Source: Chiloscyllium plagiosum
Taxonomy: Eukaryota
Direction of reading: 5' to 3'
DNA: 64,000 bases
Assembly: GCF_004010195.1 (NCBI RefSeq)
Contig: NC_057753.1
Location: forward strand, 7,436,130 to 7,500,129
How positions within the stretch are numbered: the first letter of the stretch is position 1; each line of letters opens with the position of its first letter. Below the pieces are notes generated by a model. The model was given only the letters and a program-made list of their open reading frames with translations, did no database searches and was not told the origin of the DNA. The position numbers and the translations under genes were made by a program. This document shows, in pieces, positions 62,801 to 64,000 of the stretch.

Positions 62801-64000
62801 TGTCTTCACGGAAGATAATGACTTTCTAATACCATAGAACGTGAAACGGTAGGTAGATTATCAAATAAAAAACGCATACATTGTAAATAAGTAATCCTTA
62901 TCATGTCGGGATAGTGTGGCTGTAGTGGTTGTGACGAGGTCAAACAATTGGACCTTACTGGGGCTCTTCATCTGGTACAATCAAGGAGCTCTGGTTGATA
63001 GGTACAAAGAGGAATGTTAGTCGTTCTGTCAGTTTGACAAGTGACTGAATGACGTTGTACTCCAGGCAAGAACTGTCCATGTGCAACTAAAGCTTGACTT
63101 GGTGACAGGATACCGGCACTGTACAGCTATCTCTCTGGCATTGGACTAAAGCACGTCCCTGAAGCAACTCGATTGGAACAACCCTCATTGACTTGGGGAA
63201 GTATTTTGTAAGTGTGGATTAATTTGATCGACCTTAGCGTCAAGGATTGGGTTTAGGATGCGAAAATTTATTCTTTTCTGGGAGAATGACATTCTGAAAG
63301 ATCCAAATCAATGTGTAATTGTCCCTACCGGATGTGTAGACACAGGTTTTTCTATTATTACTCGTGGAGGGGTTTGAGGATGCAATGATTGCATCAAGGA
63401 CAGACAGTTAGGCCTCGTGGAATATGATTTACTTGAGTAAGGCTGTTAATCTCGTCCAATTACAGAGCATTCGCTGACAGATGAAAAGATGGATTGGCAT
63501 AGATTCTGGAACTTTGAGAGCTGAATCTAAATGCGGCATGTATGTACAAGAGGGAAGGCGGAATAGAGACTTCTGTGGATTGATTTCACTAAAGAGTGCA
63601 GTGACACAGTGATTTTGAAAGTTGTTAAAGTACCCGCCTCAACCATTTCTGCTGGCAGCACATTCTGGACGCACACCACGCTTTATGGAACAAAGCCTGC
63701 TGCACTAGAAAACCTGGCTGCCAAGATATCGGTCTGCCTCCATGTCCATGTGCGACTCTTCCCCTTGAGCAGGTCACTTCTGGTTAGGTCAGCCTAAACC
63801 AGTTTCGGCCAAAGAGCATAGCTTGACTGTATTCTCAGTGGATACACGACAACTATAGGAATGACTGACTGCTTCGTAATTAAGATGCTGTGTTAGCTGC
63901 CATGAGTACGGGCTTTATTCAACATGATGTGCTCTGCATGGTCACACTCTGGCCTTAAAAGGCTGAGATTTCCTTTAGTTTTTCCGCTTTCCCTCATTGA

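Noticed and set aside
63605..63645. CACAGTG heptamer as a V(D)J recombination signal
   Set aside because: No nonamer at 12- or 23-bp spacing and no V, D or J segment nearby.

Overview
Repeat-dense eukaryotic DNA, most likely a cartilaginous fish (shark). This is inferred from HE1-type V-SINEs, abundant CR1 LINEs with (TTCTATG)n/(TAATC)n tails and the receptor family present. Host-gene content is a small cluster of paralogous two-exon class A GPCRs of the GPR139/GPR142-like type: (i) a decayed exon-2 pseudogene at 19.3-20.1 kb (-); (ii) an intact gene with exon 1 at 28887-29067 spliced across an 11.6-kb phase-1 intron to exon 2 at 40660-41567 (+, 362 aa); (iii) an intact exon 2 at 56579-57486 (-) whose exon 1 was not found in the window. 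The rest is mostly nested mobile DNA: CR1 and other LINEs, SINEs, several Penelope-like (GIY-YIG) families whose termini carry hammerhead-ribozyme motifs and fold-back inversions, a MULE DNA transposon, a class I-like endogenous retrovirus pol relic, a Gmr1-like Gypsy element (INT before RT, SCAN-like gag), a 42-bp minisatellite derived from a LINE tail, and simple repeats. All calls are by eye, and transposon boundaries are approximate unless TSDs or splice sites are quoted.
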